From contig NW_004797466.1 in NCBI RefSeq assembly GCF_000002075.1, positions 146,231 through 202,176 of the forward strand: 55,946 nt of DNA, read 5' to 3'. The translations under genes and the position numbers were made by a program. Shown one piece after another: positions 34,082 to 51,550 of the stretch (the stretch's first letter is position 1; every line of letters begins with the position of its first letter). The notes below the pieces were generated by a model. That model ran no database searches. It worked only from the letters and a program-made list of their open reading frames with translations, and was not told where the DNA came from. Source of the DNA: Aplysia californica (Eukaryota).

Positions 34082-34425
34082 CAAAACATGGGTCCCCCGT
34101 CCCCCGTTCCCCGTCCCCCGTTCATCATCGTTCCAAGAGCATCACACAACCAATGGTTTCAAAACCTACAAAGTCCATTGACACCGAATGACATTTATTG
34201 ATTTTATGATTGTGATTGAAAAAGTCCCAATTTGTTTATGACATTTTACAACTATGTGTATGTTACTGCGTTAAAAATGATTAAATTTGAGTAAATATAT
34301 ATGTTCCATGAGTTCTTTTTTCATTCAAATGTAGGCTTATTTGTCACCTGCGCTCTTGGCAAAAATATCAAGTATTTTTCTGGCCTTTGAGTGTTTATTC
34401 TTCGATATCGGACTCTTATTCCATT

Positions 34426-34604
34426 CTGTCCCCGTGGTTTTATCCACCCCCGCATAATTTAGCAAAATTTGATCATTTTTTGTATAATTTCTTATTATTT
34501 TCCGTTATCATTTTTGTTATAATTAACAGAATCGCATAATTTCACAGTTTTGGGCTCAGTTGGCATAATTTCAGAATTTTTCTGGCATAACACGACGGGG
34601 ACAG
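34426..34604. mobile_element. Small MITE
   Basis: TIRs CTGTCCCCGTGGTTTTAT / ATAACACGACGGGGACAG, internal GCATAATTT repeats, flanks TCCATT/TCCATG. Confidence 0.7.
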
Positions 34605-34869
34605 TCCATGTATCCTCAAGCTGGTTTCCAAAAATTCATATATTCATTTGACATAACATTTTAACATGTCAGACAGAGTCCATGGAAACTGTGTCACTTT
34701 TCCTGACTACCAGGTGTGTTACGCCCGTATAGACAGGAAAATATTATTTTTTTCTTGAGTTTGTCACGTGTAGTAAATTTTGAAATGTAAGAATAATGTA
34801 CAGAGTCTTTCAATACCTGCCCCCCCCCCCACCCCCCACCCAATGGCCAGCTGAATTAAGAGGGTCTTT

Positions 34870-35275
34870 ATATAAATGAAAACCCGTTTATCGTTTGAAG
34901 ACTTATTTATCCCTTAGCTCAAATCCAACATTTTGTAGATCTACGTCAAGTTCTCCCCATCATAAAAGCAATTCTAAGCAAGATGGAACGTTCGAAAATC
35001 GCCGGGAAAAGGGCCACTTCATTCAGAACGGACATGGCTCTTCTCAAATCGATGGATAAGGTTGTGTCGTCTGCATACTGACTAATTTTAATAGACTCCA
35101 AACCCGGATACATTGTAGGTGTTGATACCGCTTATGGAGTTGTTCTGGATTATTTTTTTAGCTAAAATTTCCGCAGCAAGAATAAATAGTTGTGGTGAAA
35201 TCGGACAGCTTTGTCGGAGACCGTTATTCATTGGAAATGTCCTCGAGACATAACCTCCATTTTTTTTATACCCGA
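34870..35275 (-). mobile_element. L1/Tx1-like RT fragment
   Basis: NGGYVSRTFPMNNGLRQSCPISPQLFILAAEILA...ISQYADDTT. Confidence 0.8.
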
Positions 35276-36150
35276 GGGTCTTTCTGTATTTAATATATAA
35301 CAATAAAAATAAAGAAATTAAGCTGCAATATTTTAGACACTGACTGGCACTAGATCTAATTAGCATTACCGACGACACTGAAATCGTCATTTATTTTCAG
35401 TGTTCTTTGTTGTGTCTCATTGGTCATTATTCGAGGTAATAAAACAGCACTTAACACAGTCCTTTCTTAAATCTATTAACTAACTATACAGTATGCATTT
35501 AGTTGGCCGATTTAATTTACTAAAATTAACATGCCAGTATCGTAATCTTAATTTTATAAGCCATTATATATTTCTCCCAAATTGTCCATTTTTTTGGTTT
35601 GTATCGGATGATCGTTGTAAAGCGCACAGAGCACGCTGTAGAGCATNNNNNNNNNNNNNNNNNNNNNNNNNNNNNNNNNNNNNNNNNNNNNNNNNNNNNN
35701 NNNNNNNNNNNNNNNNNNNNNNNNNNNNNNNNNNNNNNNNNNNNNNNNNNNNNNNNNNNNNNNNNNNNNNNNNNNNNNNNNNNNNNNNNNNNNNNNNNNN
35801 NNNTAGGTAAATAGGCCTTCTAGTTGTGCTCACAATCTGAAAATTGCTCAAATAATTGAACAAGGGAATGACATGAATCATGAGCGATCTGATTAGTTTA
35901 AGTAAGAATTTTACAGCACTTGCAACACAATTCAGATCGTATAAGCGCTGAAAATTAGAGGTGAAACAAGATTATGTAGTAGTAGTAGAGTAAGGTCAGG
36001 GGCGCGTCCATCATTAGATCTATAGATTAGAAACCATATATTATAATTCAGCTATTTAAAATTTTGGTATCGATCCAAATTTTGAAAGTGTCGGCATGGC
36101 CGGCAGAATCGGACGCATCACCAGACAAAGTTATCATCTCAGTATGCTTT

Positions 36151-36324
36151 TTTTAGTAGAGGTTTTGCGGCGCTCGCAACTGCATAAGGTCATATGAGCG
36201 CCGGAAGATTAGAGGTGTTACAAGAGAGTAATAAACATAAAAAAGAAGAAGGGGAGATAAGGACGATAGATGTTTGAAAGGAAAGAAGAAGCAAACCACA
36301 CCAGAGCTCCCGCCAACCACCCAC
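36151..36324 (-). mobile_element. Short retroposon, same family
   Basis: TSD TCTCAGTATGCTTT at 36137-36150 and 36325-36338. Confidence 0.88.
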
Positions 36325-38450
36325 TCTCAGTATGCTTTCACAGACTTCATTCTACATTGTATTTCAATGTATCCTACTCTATGGTCTGGACTAGTGACGC
36401 ATCCATGACTTTGCTGGTGAGTGCGTCCGCTAGGGTTGGTGACTGCCACCAGGGTTGGTGAATGCGTGTGCCACCAGCTCTACACAAACAACTTGAAGAG
36501 AAATTAGAGAGTATGGTGAAGGAAAATGTTATAACACAAGTGGATCAACAGACAGAATGGGTCAATAGTCTCGTGATTGCCCAAAAGTCAAATGGAGACT
36601 TGCGTTTGTGTTTGGACCCAAAAGATTTGAACAAGCGTATCAAAGGGGAAGAGTTTGAGATCCCCACTTTCGACCAAGTCGCCTCAACACTAGGAGGAAA
36701 GAAAATCTTTATAATATTGGACCAGGAAGACTCGTACTGGTAAGTGCGGCTTGATGATGAAAGCTTATATGTGACCACTTTTAATACATTAATTGGCAGG
36801 TACAGATTTTGCCGCACGCCATTTGGGATTAGCAGCGCCTCGGAAATTCCACAAAAACAAGCTTTCAAGACATTCGAAGACATCAACTGAGTCTATTGTC
36901 TGTCTGATGATACGCTGATGGCAGCTGCCTCGGATGATGAGCATGATGAGATCATTAACAAAGTGATGCAAAGAGCCAGAGAAAGGGGAGTCAAATTCAA
37001 TCCCAGGAAGGTCCAATTCAAGAAATCCGAAGAGAAAAAAACAACATGGGCAGACACATATCAGCAGAAGGAATCAAGCCAGACCCACAAAAAATCAAGG
37101 CACATTAAGACATGCTAAGGCCAACAAATGTCAAAGAGACCCAAAGATTGCTTGGGTTGGTGAACTTCTTGGCACCCTGTATCCCTAACATGTCACAAGT
37201 GACCAGTCCTCATACGCTTCATTGACCCACATTCACGGACAGCTCACCCGGTTACTACACCGTCACCTCCGGTACAGACTGTGACCCCGTCCAAGGCAGA
37301 AAAGGTCAAACGCTCACATGTATAAGCTGCTGGCACGAGCAAGGAATTGGCATACTTTCTTAACAGATGGTCCGACTACAAAAAGGCAACCCTCAAAAAG
37401 AAAGTCATAGACGACACCATTATGTGGTCAGACACCACTGAAGAATGTTTCCTCCAGGCCGCGGAATGGCTTGACCTATGTGGACGGAACGGAATCATCC
37501 TCAACCCCAGCAAGTTCCAATTTGCGGGAAAAACCGTAACATATGGAGGTTTCGAGATCTCATCAAACTGTGTGACACCATGCCCACAGACTCAGGAGGC
37601 TACAGAGAAATTTCCCACTCCACAAAACATTACTGACATACGCTGTTGGTTCGGCCTTGTCAACCAGGTTTCATACGCATTCACATCTGTAGAGAGGGTG
37701 CAACCTTTCCGTTCTCTGTTAACCAAACTCACGCTTCACATGGACGCCTCGCCTGAATGATCTATTCACTGAAACTAAAACAGTTGATCGTCGATGAAAC
37801 CAGAAAAGGTGTGGAGATTTTCGATGGAAACCTGCCCACCTGCCTTGCTACTGACTTCAGCAAGGAAGACCTGGGTTACTGGCTATTTCAGAAACACTGT
37901 CTGCGCGAGTCTCAGCGACCACTTTGTTGCAGCACTGGATGGCGAATAACATTGGTTGGAAGCCGCTTCACCTCGTCAGCTGAATCCAGATACGCCCTAA
38001 TTGAGGGTGAAGCACTAGCAGTGGTGGACGCCCTCCAGAAAACACGTCACTTCGTCCTTGGTTGCCCCAATCTCATAGTCGCAGTACACCACAAATCCCT
38101 TCTGAAGGTATTTGGAGACAGAAGCCTAGACGCCATATCGAACCCTCGCCTCCGGAATCTCACAGAAAAAACCTTGCAATTCAGGTTTCGCATAGTACAT
38201 ATTCCAGGAATGCGTCTCGCTGCTGCCGATGCCATTTCGGCCTCCCAGCACACTTGCCACTACCCGACGATGCCATGCCAGTGCTAGACGGGGCACAACC
38301 GACGCCAACAATGCCATACAACTTCATCATGGCCATTAGGACACATGAGGACACATCAACAGTATGCTCTGGCGAGGATGCTTGCCTAAGCCCCAGTTCT
38401 CTGACATGGGACGGCGTGCGCCTTGCCACGACAGTTCAATGAACAATCTA

Positions 38451-40839
38451 GAGTAGCTTGACCCCCTCGCGGCCATAGCTGGGGTGCGGCCAGTTCTCAT
38501 AACTCGCATTCCAGTTGCTTTAAGGCTATGAATAAACCACAGTAGCTTCTTTTGGGTCTGCCAATGCTTTCACTTTCATTTCCTGTCTTTCCCGCTTTTC
38601 CGACACACGCGATGCGAGTTTGAACTTTTCAACCCAGAAAACATCCCTTTGTGAAGTTTCAGGTGAGTTTGTCATTAGCTCTTACCACAACCTAAATATC
38701 ATTATTTTGTCAACCAAGTGAGGTTTCTGTATTTTAAAATGCATGTTTTTAAGCCTAACATTGTATAAATATCGCTCATAAACAAACTTTAGGAGAAACG
38801 TCGATGGCCGCACCCAGGGCAGGGTAATTTTTCATGTGGGCCCACATGTGGTCGAATCGGCCGCACCGAGGACGGGCTCTACAGTAGAGGTCCTGGCCGC
38901 GGCCAGCGTCCAAAATGATAGATAGCCCTGGTCAAATGAAGGCTAAGGTATTGAGACAGAATCTAGACCTTGTTCTTGACAGAGGTAGGCTGTTTGCAAA
39001 GCTTAATAAAGCTACATCTAGATCTACTGGTAACAAAACAATACGATATTTTCAAGCATGGTACCGATCTCAGTGGCCTAGTGGTGAGGCGTCCTCCTCG
39101 GAAATGGAAGATGGTGGGTTCAATTCCCGACCAAGTCATACCGAAGACTTAAAACAAACTGGCAATCTAGGTCTAGTAGCTGTCCCACTTGGTGTCGGCA
39201 TTATGGGACTAGTGCTATGACAGGTTGGCCCGGGGTTAGTACACTGTGACTGGATGGGATAATAAATTCTGTTACATTGCATATCCCAGTGTAACAGCAC
39301 GTTGATTTGCCTAAATGACCTACTGGTTTTAATTAGAGACTTTAAACGCCAACTCAAACAAAAACTCAAGTATGGCATGGAGTGAACACTAATCTATCCC
39401 CCAAAAATGTGTTTTCCCAGGTCTCAAAATGAGTGGGAAACCGAAGGGGACAAAAGAAGCTTTATACAATGTGTAACAAGCAGTCAGTGAAGGGATGGGG
39501 AGACGCCAAGTCAATCTGAGACTGAAAGATCCCTTCGTTCTTCCTACTTTGCAACGCAGGAGTAATGGCAGCAAGAGAAGGACATCGCTGGAAAAGCTTC
39601 CATCGCTCATCAGTGGACAATAATTTATTTACTCTCTAATCAACAAGGAGAGGAAGATCAAAAGGAAAGCAGAGATGGAAATGAGAAAAACGGACAGAGT
39701 ATAGCCAAAATGGAAGAGGAGAAATGGAAGACGGGAAAGGAAAGAGAAAAACAGCGAGAGGAACTAAAGAAGCAAAGTGGAGAAAGAAAATAGAAAGAAG
39801 ATGCAAGAAGAGAGGAGACTAGCCGAGGAGAAGGGGACGGAGAATAAGAAGAAGCAAAAGAAAAGAAGTACAAAGTGAAAGGAAACAAATCCAAGATGAG
39901 GTTGAGCGATTCAGACTATGATACAAGTACAGATATAATTGAAAGTGAAATGATACTGTTTGAGGAAGATGACATGCAGTTGGAAGATTTCATGGAAGAA
40001 GAATGTTCAACTGAGGAATCCATGTTTGCCGAAGTGGGGGTTGTGGAAGGATATATGAAACTCCACAGAGATGACACATGGACAATGAAACGCCTGCACT
40101 TGATGCGGACTACAGACGGAGAGAAATAGAAACAGTGTTGCTGCTGACAATGAAGGCATATGAAACAAAAGACAAGTGGTTGAAGCAGAAGAAACAGAAA
40201 GAAAAGACATGCTTGAGAGTGACGGAGATGGGAACACACAAAAGACCAGTGGTTGGAGTAGAAAGAGAATAATATGCTATGCGTGAGATGAATGAAGAAG
40301 AGGTGGAGGACTGCAAAATGGTCGGAACTGGAAACGAAATGCCAGCATTGGCTGAAGTGGAAGGAAAGCCAGACACTATGCACGAGAGTGGGGATTCACT
40401 TGGTCAGCATGGCGGTGGAGATCGTACCTTGAGGCCAGAGACGTGAGACTTGTCCGTTCTGTTCTTATCAAGAGTAGACGTAATCTAGATCTAGATCTAC
40501 CATCCTTGCACTTTTTTGCATAGATCTACGCTGTCATTGATTTCCATTTTGTTTGCATGCTCTGATCAAAAGTAGACCGCATAACGGTCATGGATTCGGC
40601 CACACTTAAGTCAGGTGGCCGCACCGTTGGCTCGTCGTCGGCCGCACCCAGGGCTGCCGGCCGCCAAGTGGTACGCCGAAGTTGTGCACCCTATAATTGA
40701 AGTCTTTAAATTCCCGGCCAGGTCAGAGCCCTTCCTGCAGCTTTTTTCTCCACAAAAATCAAGTTGGGAATCTCTTAGTGCAGAAGCAGTGCTAGCTAGG
40801 GGGAATGTTCGCTCGTGGCCGCAAGTGGTCAAGTTACTC
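38451..40839 (+). mobile_element. Internally deleted pogo-like (Tc1/mariner) DNA transposon inserted into Gypsy B
   Basis: TA-GAGTAGCTTGACC...GGTCAAGTTACTC-TA. Removing it restores the Gypsy frame MNNLLNLVENGF. Subterminal GGCCGCACC repeats; psq-like HTH start (TKEALYNV*QAVSEGMG) joined to a K/E-rich C-terminal remnant. Confidence 0.8.
39063..39365 (+). mobile_element. tRNA SINE (Meta/MESC-like core) nested in the pogo-like element
   Basis: A box TGGCCTAGTGG, B box GGTTCAATTCC, core GTCATACCGAAGACTT...GGTTGGCCCGGGGTTAGTACACTGTGACTGG, tail GACTTTAAACGCCAACTCAAAC. Confidence 0.8.
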
Positions 40840-43800
40840 TACTTAATCTTGTGGAGAACGGATTCTCTCAGATGAAAAGTGACCCCCCGGACGAACTCAA
40901 GAGTTTATTATATGGAGACAACTTGAACACTTTTGACGGAGTGGTCCTTTATAATGACCGCATTGTCACCCCCCTAGCCTTTGTGACAAGGTTCTGCGAT
41001 CACTACACTTTGCCCACCAGGGTGTGTCTCAAATATGCTCCCGCGCGAATGCCTCATTCTTTTGGCCGGGCATGACTTCTGCCATTAACGAAATGCGTCT
41101 CCATTGTTCATCCTGCCACCGAATGGCGCCATCACAACCGAATGCCCCATCAACTCCGCCAATACAACCTTAGTACCCGTTTCAATGTTTTTGTGCCGAC
41201 TTCTTTCATCATGCAGGCCACAACTACCTGGTCAAAGTCGACAGATATAGCAACTGGCCAATTGTAGAAAAGGCTGCCAATGAGTTACAAGGACTCATAT
41301 CCAGCTTGCGTCGCACATTTGCTACCTATGGTATCAGCGATGAACTTTCCTCTGATGGAGGCCTTGAGTTCACTTCGCTGGCCACCAGAACCTTTCTCAG
41401 GGATTGGGGAGTAAACCAGCGACTGTCATCAGTGGCGTTTCCACACGCAACAGTCGGGCTGAAATCGGAGTTAAAACTGTCAAACGGAAGATTGTCGACA
41501 ATACGGGCCCTGGTGGCAGCATCAACACCACCCTCTTCCAGCGTGCGATACTACAATACCGGAATATCCCAGACAGGGATACCCGACTATCCCCTGCCAT
41601 GTGCATATTTGACCGACCCATTCGCGATTTCCTTCCCATTCACCCTGAGAAGTACCTTCCCCATCCGACGTGGCAAGAGACCCTATCCTCTAGAGAAAAA
41701 GCCCTCAGGAATCGTTACACGAGGGATGCCGAAAGACTGTCTGCACATACCAGGGTGTTACCTCCATTGGTAGTCAGCGATTGCGTCCGTATTCAGAACC
41801 AGACAGGTCCCTTTCCCCACTAAATGGGACAAAACAGGCATCGTGGTAGAGGTTCAACAGTTTGAAGAGTACATCATCAGAGTGGATGGATTGGGCAGAG
41901 TGACACTACGAAACAGGAAATTCCTCCGCAAGTAGGCCCTACCTATCCGTGATAACAAGATCACCCCCTAGCCATGATTCCAACGTCCCATGCTCACACC
42001 TTAGTGCACCAGACCAACGCGTCTCCTGATCCCCCAAGACACGCCTTGTCAATCACCGGCACCTGTGCAACCGCCTACACCTGCCGACACCAGCGTTGAA
42101 GGGGTGCCCATAAACGGTGATAGTCCATCACAACAAGCAGTTGCACCCATGGCGAATGAGCCCCCCGCAGCTATTACCACATCGGCAGAACCAACATTAA
42201 AAAATGTTGCGGCAGAGCGTACTACTGCACCGACCACACCCATATATGGCGAGAACCACGAGCCCTGAGAGCCCTACAACCATTCAACAAACCTGGCTTT
42301 AAAAAAAATATACTTTATCTGTCACGAAACGTGCAACTAGATCAGAAACCCCATTATACAATACAAGTGACATTATGGTTCACGCACCTAGCCCATGGAC
42401 ATGAAGCACGAATTGATTCTATGTTCAGTTGTCAGTCCATGACTACGTTTACCACGACTGGTGTTTCACCTCCTTGTTGGTTCACCATACCCTGTTGATA
42501 TGTCCGATTGTCAGCCTATGTTTTTGTGCTCAGCACAGTCGTTGGTTTCATTTTGTGGACTTTTGTTTGTTTACTTGTCAACAAGATACGTTACTGGTTC
42601 AAATTCTTCCACTTCATTTTTCATACCTGATACCAGGAATTATTCTTTTGTTTACGACTGTCCCGTCTAACTTTCTTTCTCAGTCTTTGCCTCTCACAAG
42701 TGTGGCCTGAAATCACATCTGTATCGCAAAGAAATTGGGGGAGCATAGATGACTGTACATTGTGATGCTTGTTAGTCTATGTGAGTTTACATGTCTTTCA
42801 TCTTATCAGTTTCAGAATTGTGAACATTGCTGATCGATCCGATACTCTATAAGCAAATACCCCAAAGTTATCTAGATACCACACCCTGTCTCAGATGCAC
42901 CTTGGATAAAATTAAGGGCAGTATGGTGGAAAAGATTTTCCTGTAGTTGTCGACTACTTCTAAATATGCAGAAGTTACTGAGTTAAAGCAAAAGACAACA
43001 CTAGCAGTCATCACAGGGCTCAAACCAATCTTGGCAAGACATGGGACCCCTGAACAAGTCATAGCGGACAACAATTCTTTTGGGAGTCTGGAAATGGAAG
43101 AGTTTGCAAAGAGTTGGAACTTCAGAATCATAACCAGCAGTCCAAGATACCCCCAACCAAATGGACAAGCAGAGCGCTTCCTCAGGATCTTCAAAGACAT
43201 CCTCAAGAAAGCAAAGGATCCTAATGCTGCACTTCTGGCATACAGGAATACTCCAGTTACAGGCTTGGACTACTCTCCAGCAGAAATGCTTATGGGACGT
43301 AGGCTAAGCGACCTTGTACCAGCAGGTCTGAATCCAACATCCAAGCAAAACGACATGAAAGAGAAGCTGAAATAAATCCAAACAAAAGCCAAATCCTACT
43401 ATGACAGGAAGACTAGGCAGAGATTACCATTTGAAATTGGAAAGCCAGTAAAAGTCAGGATCCACCCTGGGCACTGGGAAAAGGCAGCTGTCATCAGCAA
43501 ATATGACAATCCAAGGTCATATGATGTGACGACTGAAGATGGAACAAGCCTTTGACGCAATTCTCCTTTTCCGCGCAAGAGCTATCACATCCCAGTTACC
43601 CAACCATCCTCACCAGATGATCAAGACAATCAACCTCAGCGCAGTGACCATGCCAATAATCAGTCCACCGGCACAGAGTCACAGGTCGAGTTCTCATGCC
43701 CACCTACCCAGCAGGATATTGCCTCGAGCAATCCTGTGCTCCCTCGCACAGCAGCAGTGAGCTCTCAGGCAAACGCACCATGCACTAGTAGATGGCCGAG

Positions 43801-44973
43801 TGATTAAAAAGCCCAATAAAAACACTCTGTAGGGATGAAATCGAAAAGGGCTACTAAGGCCATTACACTTGCAACTCACACTAGACTCCAACCCTTTACA
43901 CTTATTTGTAAAACCATTACGGTTGTTTAGAATTCAAATTTCCTACTTTGTTATTTTAGTACCAGTGTTAAAAGCAAACACACAGATTCAATTGATTCAA
44001 AGTTTTGGAATTGGACATCATTCATAGAATACAACACCTCAAATGAACTTGATGTACCAAGCCCTAAAGTTGGAATTCCAATTACTCTAAAAGCTACGCT
44101 TTACATCCCTTGTCGTAATAAGTGGACAATTAAAATTTATCTCAAAAAGTAGGGAAGTTATATAATTGTCCATAATAAAGCTTAATTAAAGTAAATCATT
44201 GCTGTACACAACAGTGCCAGCAGTTTTGCAATCATTGAAACAATAAACACACGTTTCCCAGTCAACATCCTTGTTGTCCTGGTTAATTCTTAAGTTGTCT
44301 GAAGTCTGTAGGACTACTAACATAACAGACTTGGGGCAAGTTTGTCAGAGGACAAAATCTTGCTGGGGTTGAAGGGGTAAATGCCACTGGCACTAAACCC
44401 TTTCAAGGCTATATTATATCTACAGTTGCGGTTGAGGACCAGCTAATAAAAAGATAGAGGCAAGTAAAATATAATTTATGAGAACTAATACTCACATCTA
44501 AAAAATATCTTACACAATGACAATCAAACTTGTTAGCTTGTTTCCACAAGATTCTTGTTATGCATAAGCACAGTTTGGAGGACAATATATACAAAGTACA
44601 AGAACACTACAGTAACATAAAGAAGATACAAAGAGAGATAAAATCATTCACAATCCTAAAGCGGAAACTCAGCGAGCATTAACTTTAAGAAATCATTTTT
44701 TTTCTTAACATCAATGTCACATGGTTGATCACACTTTGGTACACATTGAATGAAAGACGTTTCGGGTTTTCCACTTTATAAAAACACCATAATTGGTTCA
44801 AACTTTCCTGACAAACATACAGACATTATATTAAATTTTTCATCATGAATATTTAGATAAAATTGTATGCAGAATCCTAGAAAATAGTCTTGCTTCACTC
44901 ATTAATTAATTTAAGAAAAACCATACATATATTATATTATATATATACTATATACCTTTCTTGTCAAGAGTCT

Positions 44974-45496
44974 TTTGTTTTTGTAAAGTGTTTTACGGTG
45001 CTCGCAACTGCATAAGGTCAAATGAGCGAGCGGGACACACCTAATATTTTTCAGTTGGTAGGAAATTTTGAATTTTGCCCGGGTGGCAGCCAAAGCCTAC
45101 TCTTATCGATTTTAGACCACCAAAGGATCTTTAACGAGCGCAACTTGCAGACGGGCCCTCCGAGATTTTTCGCCCTTGTCCGAGAAGGCTAGGTGTAGAT
45201 CTTTCCTACCAGAAGATCAGGGGTGTGGCTGAAAGACAGCAGTAAGAAGAAGCGAAGGAGTAGCAGTAGAAAGGCTGCAGAAAGAATCAGGATCCCAGAG
45301 GAAGGGGCAAAGGAGGTGAGGGGGTGGGGGAAAAAAGAGGAGACGAAAGCAGACGACAAAACATTGCTAGAGAGCAGGAAATGAGGTGAAAGGAAACAAA
45401 TTTAGAGAAGAAAATTTTTCAGTCGCTACCCCGATTCGAACCCGGGACCTTTGAATGAGAAGCTAACACCTTAACCTCTAGGCCACGAGAGCCCCC
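44974..45496 (-). mobile_element. Full-length copy of the same tRNA SINE
   Basis: Reverse complement of 18510-19008; TSD TGTCAAG(A/G)GTCT at 44962-44973 and 45497-45508. Confidence 0.88.
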
Positions 45497-45955
45497 TGTC
45501 AAGGGTCTGCACAAAGTAAGCTTTTCTTATGGTGGGTAATTTTCATAGGGAAATTAAACATCACAGTTCTGGAATCAAGTAATCAAGAAGGATTATCTTG
45601 TTTGGTACTGTACTGGAAAGTGGGAAGACGTGAAATAATATCAAGATGCTAGCCCAGGATAAGGAAAGGAGAAAAGTGTTTGTGGCCCATATTCTGATGC
45701 AGGGTGAGAAAGGCAATGATGATGATGACTGTACTGGACTAAAAAAGACGCTACGCCGGTTCAAATACCTCAAGGGGCTTTCTTGAACTTTGGATATTCG
45801 TACTGGGTAGTCAGGAGTAAAAACTTGAAAATCCTTAAATCATTTTTAAAGCAAAGCCCAAAGCAAATCTAAAAAATACATATGACACAAAAAATAGCAT
45901 TTTGTCTCATACAGAGTAGGCTATCTAAAAAAAATTACAGATATAATTCCTGTGG

Positions 45956-49938
<3,983 letters not shown>

Positions 49939-51019
49939 TTCTCTTGTCTTGACCTGTGAGAAAAGTAAAATGGTCATTATCTTTCCATTGCCATGTTTCC
50001 AAAAATTACACACATCAACATCTAGAGAATTGAAACAATGGTAAAAATGTGCTACCTTGCAGTTTAATAAACATCACATTATATAGCGTGTACCAATGTA
50101 AATCTGTATACACACAGCCTATGGGTCTTCTATAGATACTCACGGTAACAAAAGCTATCAAGCGCAAACAGCTCAGAGCCACGGGCTATGATAAATATAT
50201 CACGGCCTCGAACAGTAAGCCGCTTTCTTCCACCAACTCTGATGATTTCACTGAGTTGCCCCACTAATATGCTTTCAGACATTTCTCTTGTCTTGACCTG
50301 TGAGAAAAGTAAAATGGTCATTATCTTTCCATTGCCATGTTTCCAAAAATTACACACATCAACATCTAGAGAATTGAAACAATGGTAAAAATGTGCTACC
50401 TTGCAGTTTAATAAACATCACATTATATAGCGTGTACCAATGTAAATCTGTATACACACAGCCTATGGGTCTTCTATAGATACTCACGGTAACAAAAGCT
50501 ATCAAGCGCAAACAGCTCAGAGCCACGGGCTATGATAAATATATCACGGGCTGATTAGGCAAAGCATTTTCTGTGATCTTAGACTTAGACAGGTAAAAAT
50601 CGTTCAAAAGGAAGGAATTTCTCTTAAAAATCTGTTTTCATTGGCGTTAGGCAGGTTTACGTTTTATACAGCAAATAATAGAGTGATTTATCACTCGGGG
50701 AGCGAGGTGATTCCACTTTGACAGGTTTCAATCTTACACAGGTTTCCGTTAAAAGGGTGGGTTCAACCGTATTTCCAAAGATGGGATAACAAACACATAA
50801 ATAGTCGTATATAGGAAATCAATTGCAACCATCACTATCTTTACATATTTACATTAAAATTACATCATTCCATTTGTTTTGCAGGCCTACAAATTTTATG
50901 AATTTTCAACAAAGGCCCTACTTCTTCTGCAGAGGTCAATGCAGTTCTGCAAAGCAAGCCTTGCGCGGAATAATATATATTTTTTTAAGAATTAGAATGG
51001 GGAATCTTGTGGTCAAGAG

Positions 51020-51505
51020 GTACAGTGTTCACAATTCTCCTTCGATATTTCCCAAGTTCGAAACCTGACAGCAACGGAAACTCTTCTTCTCTAAAAAATT
51101 TTCTCCTTTTGCCTCTTCCTGCTCTCTAACCATGTTCTGTCGTCTGCTTTTGTCTCCACTTTCTGCCCCCTCTGGGCTCCTGATTCTTTCTGCTGCCTTT
51201 TTGCAGCTACTCCTTGGCTCCTTCTAACTGCTGTTTTTCAGCCATACCCCTGAACTTAGGGTAGGTAAGATTTGACACCTGGCCTTCTCAGATAAGGGTA
51301 AAAAATCTCAGTCTCGTGTGCAAGTTGTGCACGTTAAAGATCTATCCCTTGCGCATTCATTGCAGTTGCAAGTGCGCCTTGAAACACTTACCAAAACAAA
51401 AATCACAAAAAGATTGTCTTCGGTGGTTCTAAATCAATAAGAGTAGGCTTTCGTTGCCACCCAGGCGAAATTCAAAATTAATTCCTTACCAAACTGAAAA
51501 TGCTC
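51020..51505 (+). mobile_element. Degraded third copy of the tRNA SINE
   Basis: Shares the pyrimidine-rich body and the GCACGTTAAAGATC...AAGAGTAGGC core. Confidence 0.75.
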
Positions 51506-51550
51506 ATTTTTATAAACCATAGAAAATAAACTTAGAATGGTCAGAATAAA

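Larger units (their letters stand above)
37211..42717 (+). mobile_element. Second Gypsy element B, degraded: gag N-terminus fused to RT, RNase H and integrase
   Basis: KAEKVKR..AYFLNRWSDYKKAT, VIDDTIMW, TDFSKEDLGYWLFQKHC..LVGSRF..ESRYALIEGEALAV, CADFFH..YLVKVDRYSNWP, ELSSDGG, SRAEIGVKTVKR. Confidence 0.88.
36462..44327 (+). mobile_element. Gypsy (Mag-like) LTR retrotransposon A, degraded. RT at 36462-37210, integrase at ~42850-43560, PPT at ~44144-44157, 3' LTR at ~44157-44327; interrupted by element B
   Basis: WVNSLVIAQKSNGDLRLCLDPKDLNK, GRYRFCRTPFGISSASE, YCLSDDTLM; integrase ARHGTPEQVIADN...TSSPRYPQPNGQAER...LLAYRNTP; LTR with AATAAA ending in ATAACA. Confidence 0.88.

Noticed and set aside
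39658-40383. Lys/Glu-rich and antisense Phe/Ser-rich ORFs as a host gene
   Set aside because: They lie inside the TIR-bounded pogo-like element and are broken by stops.
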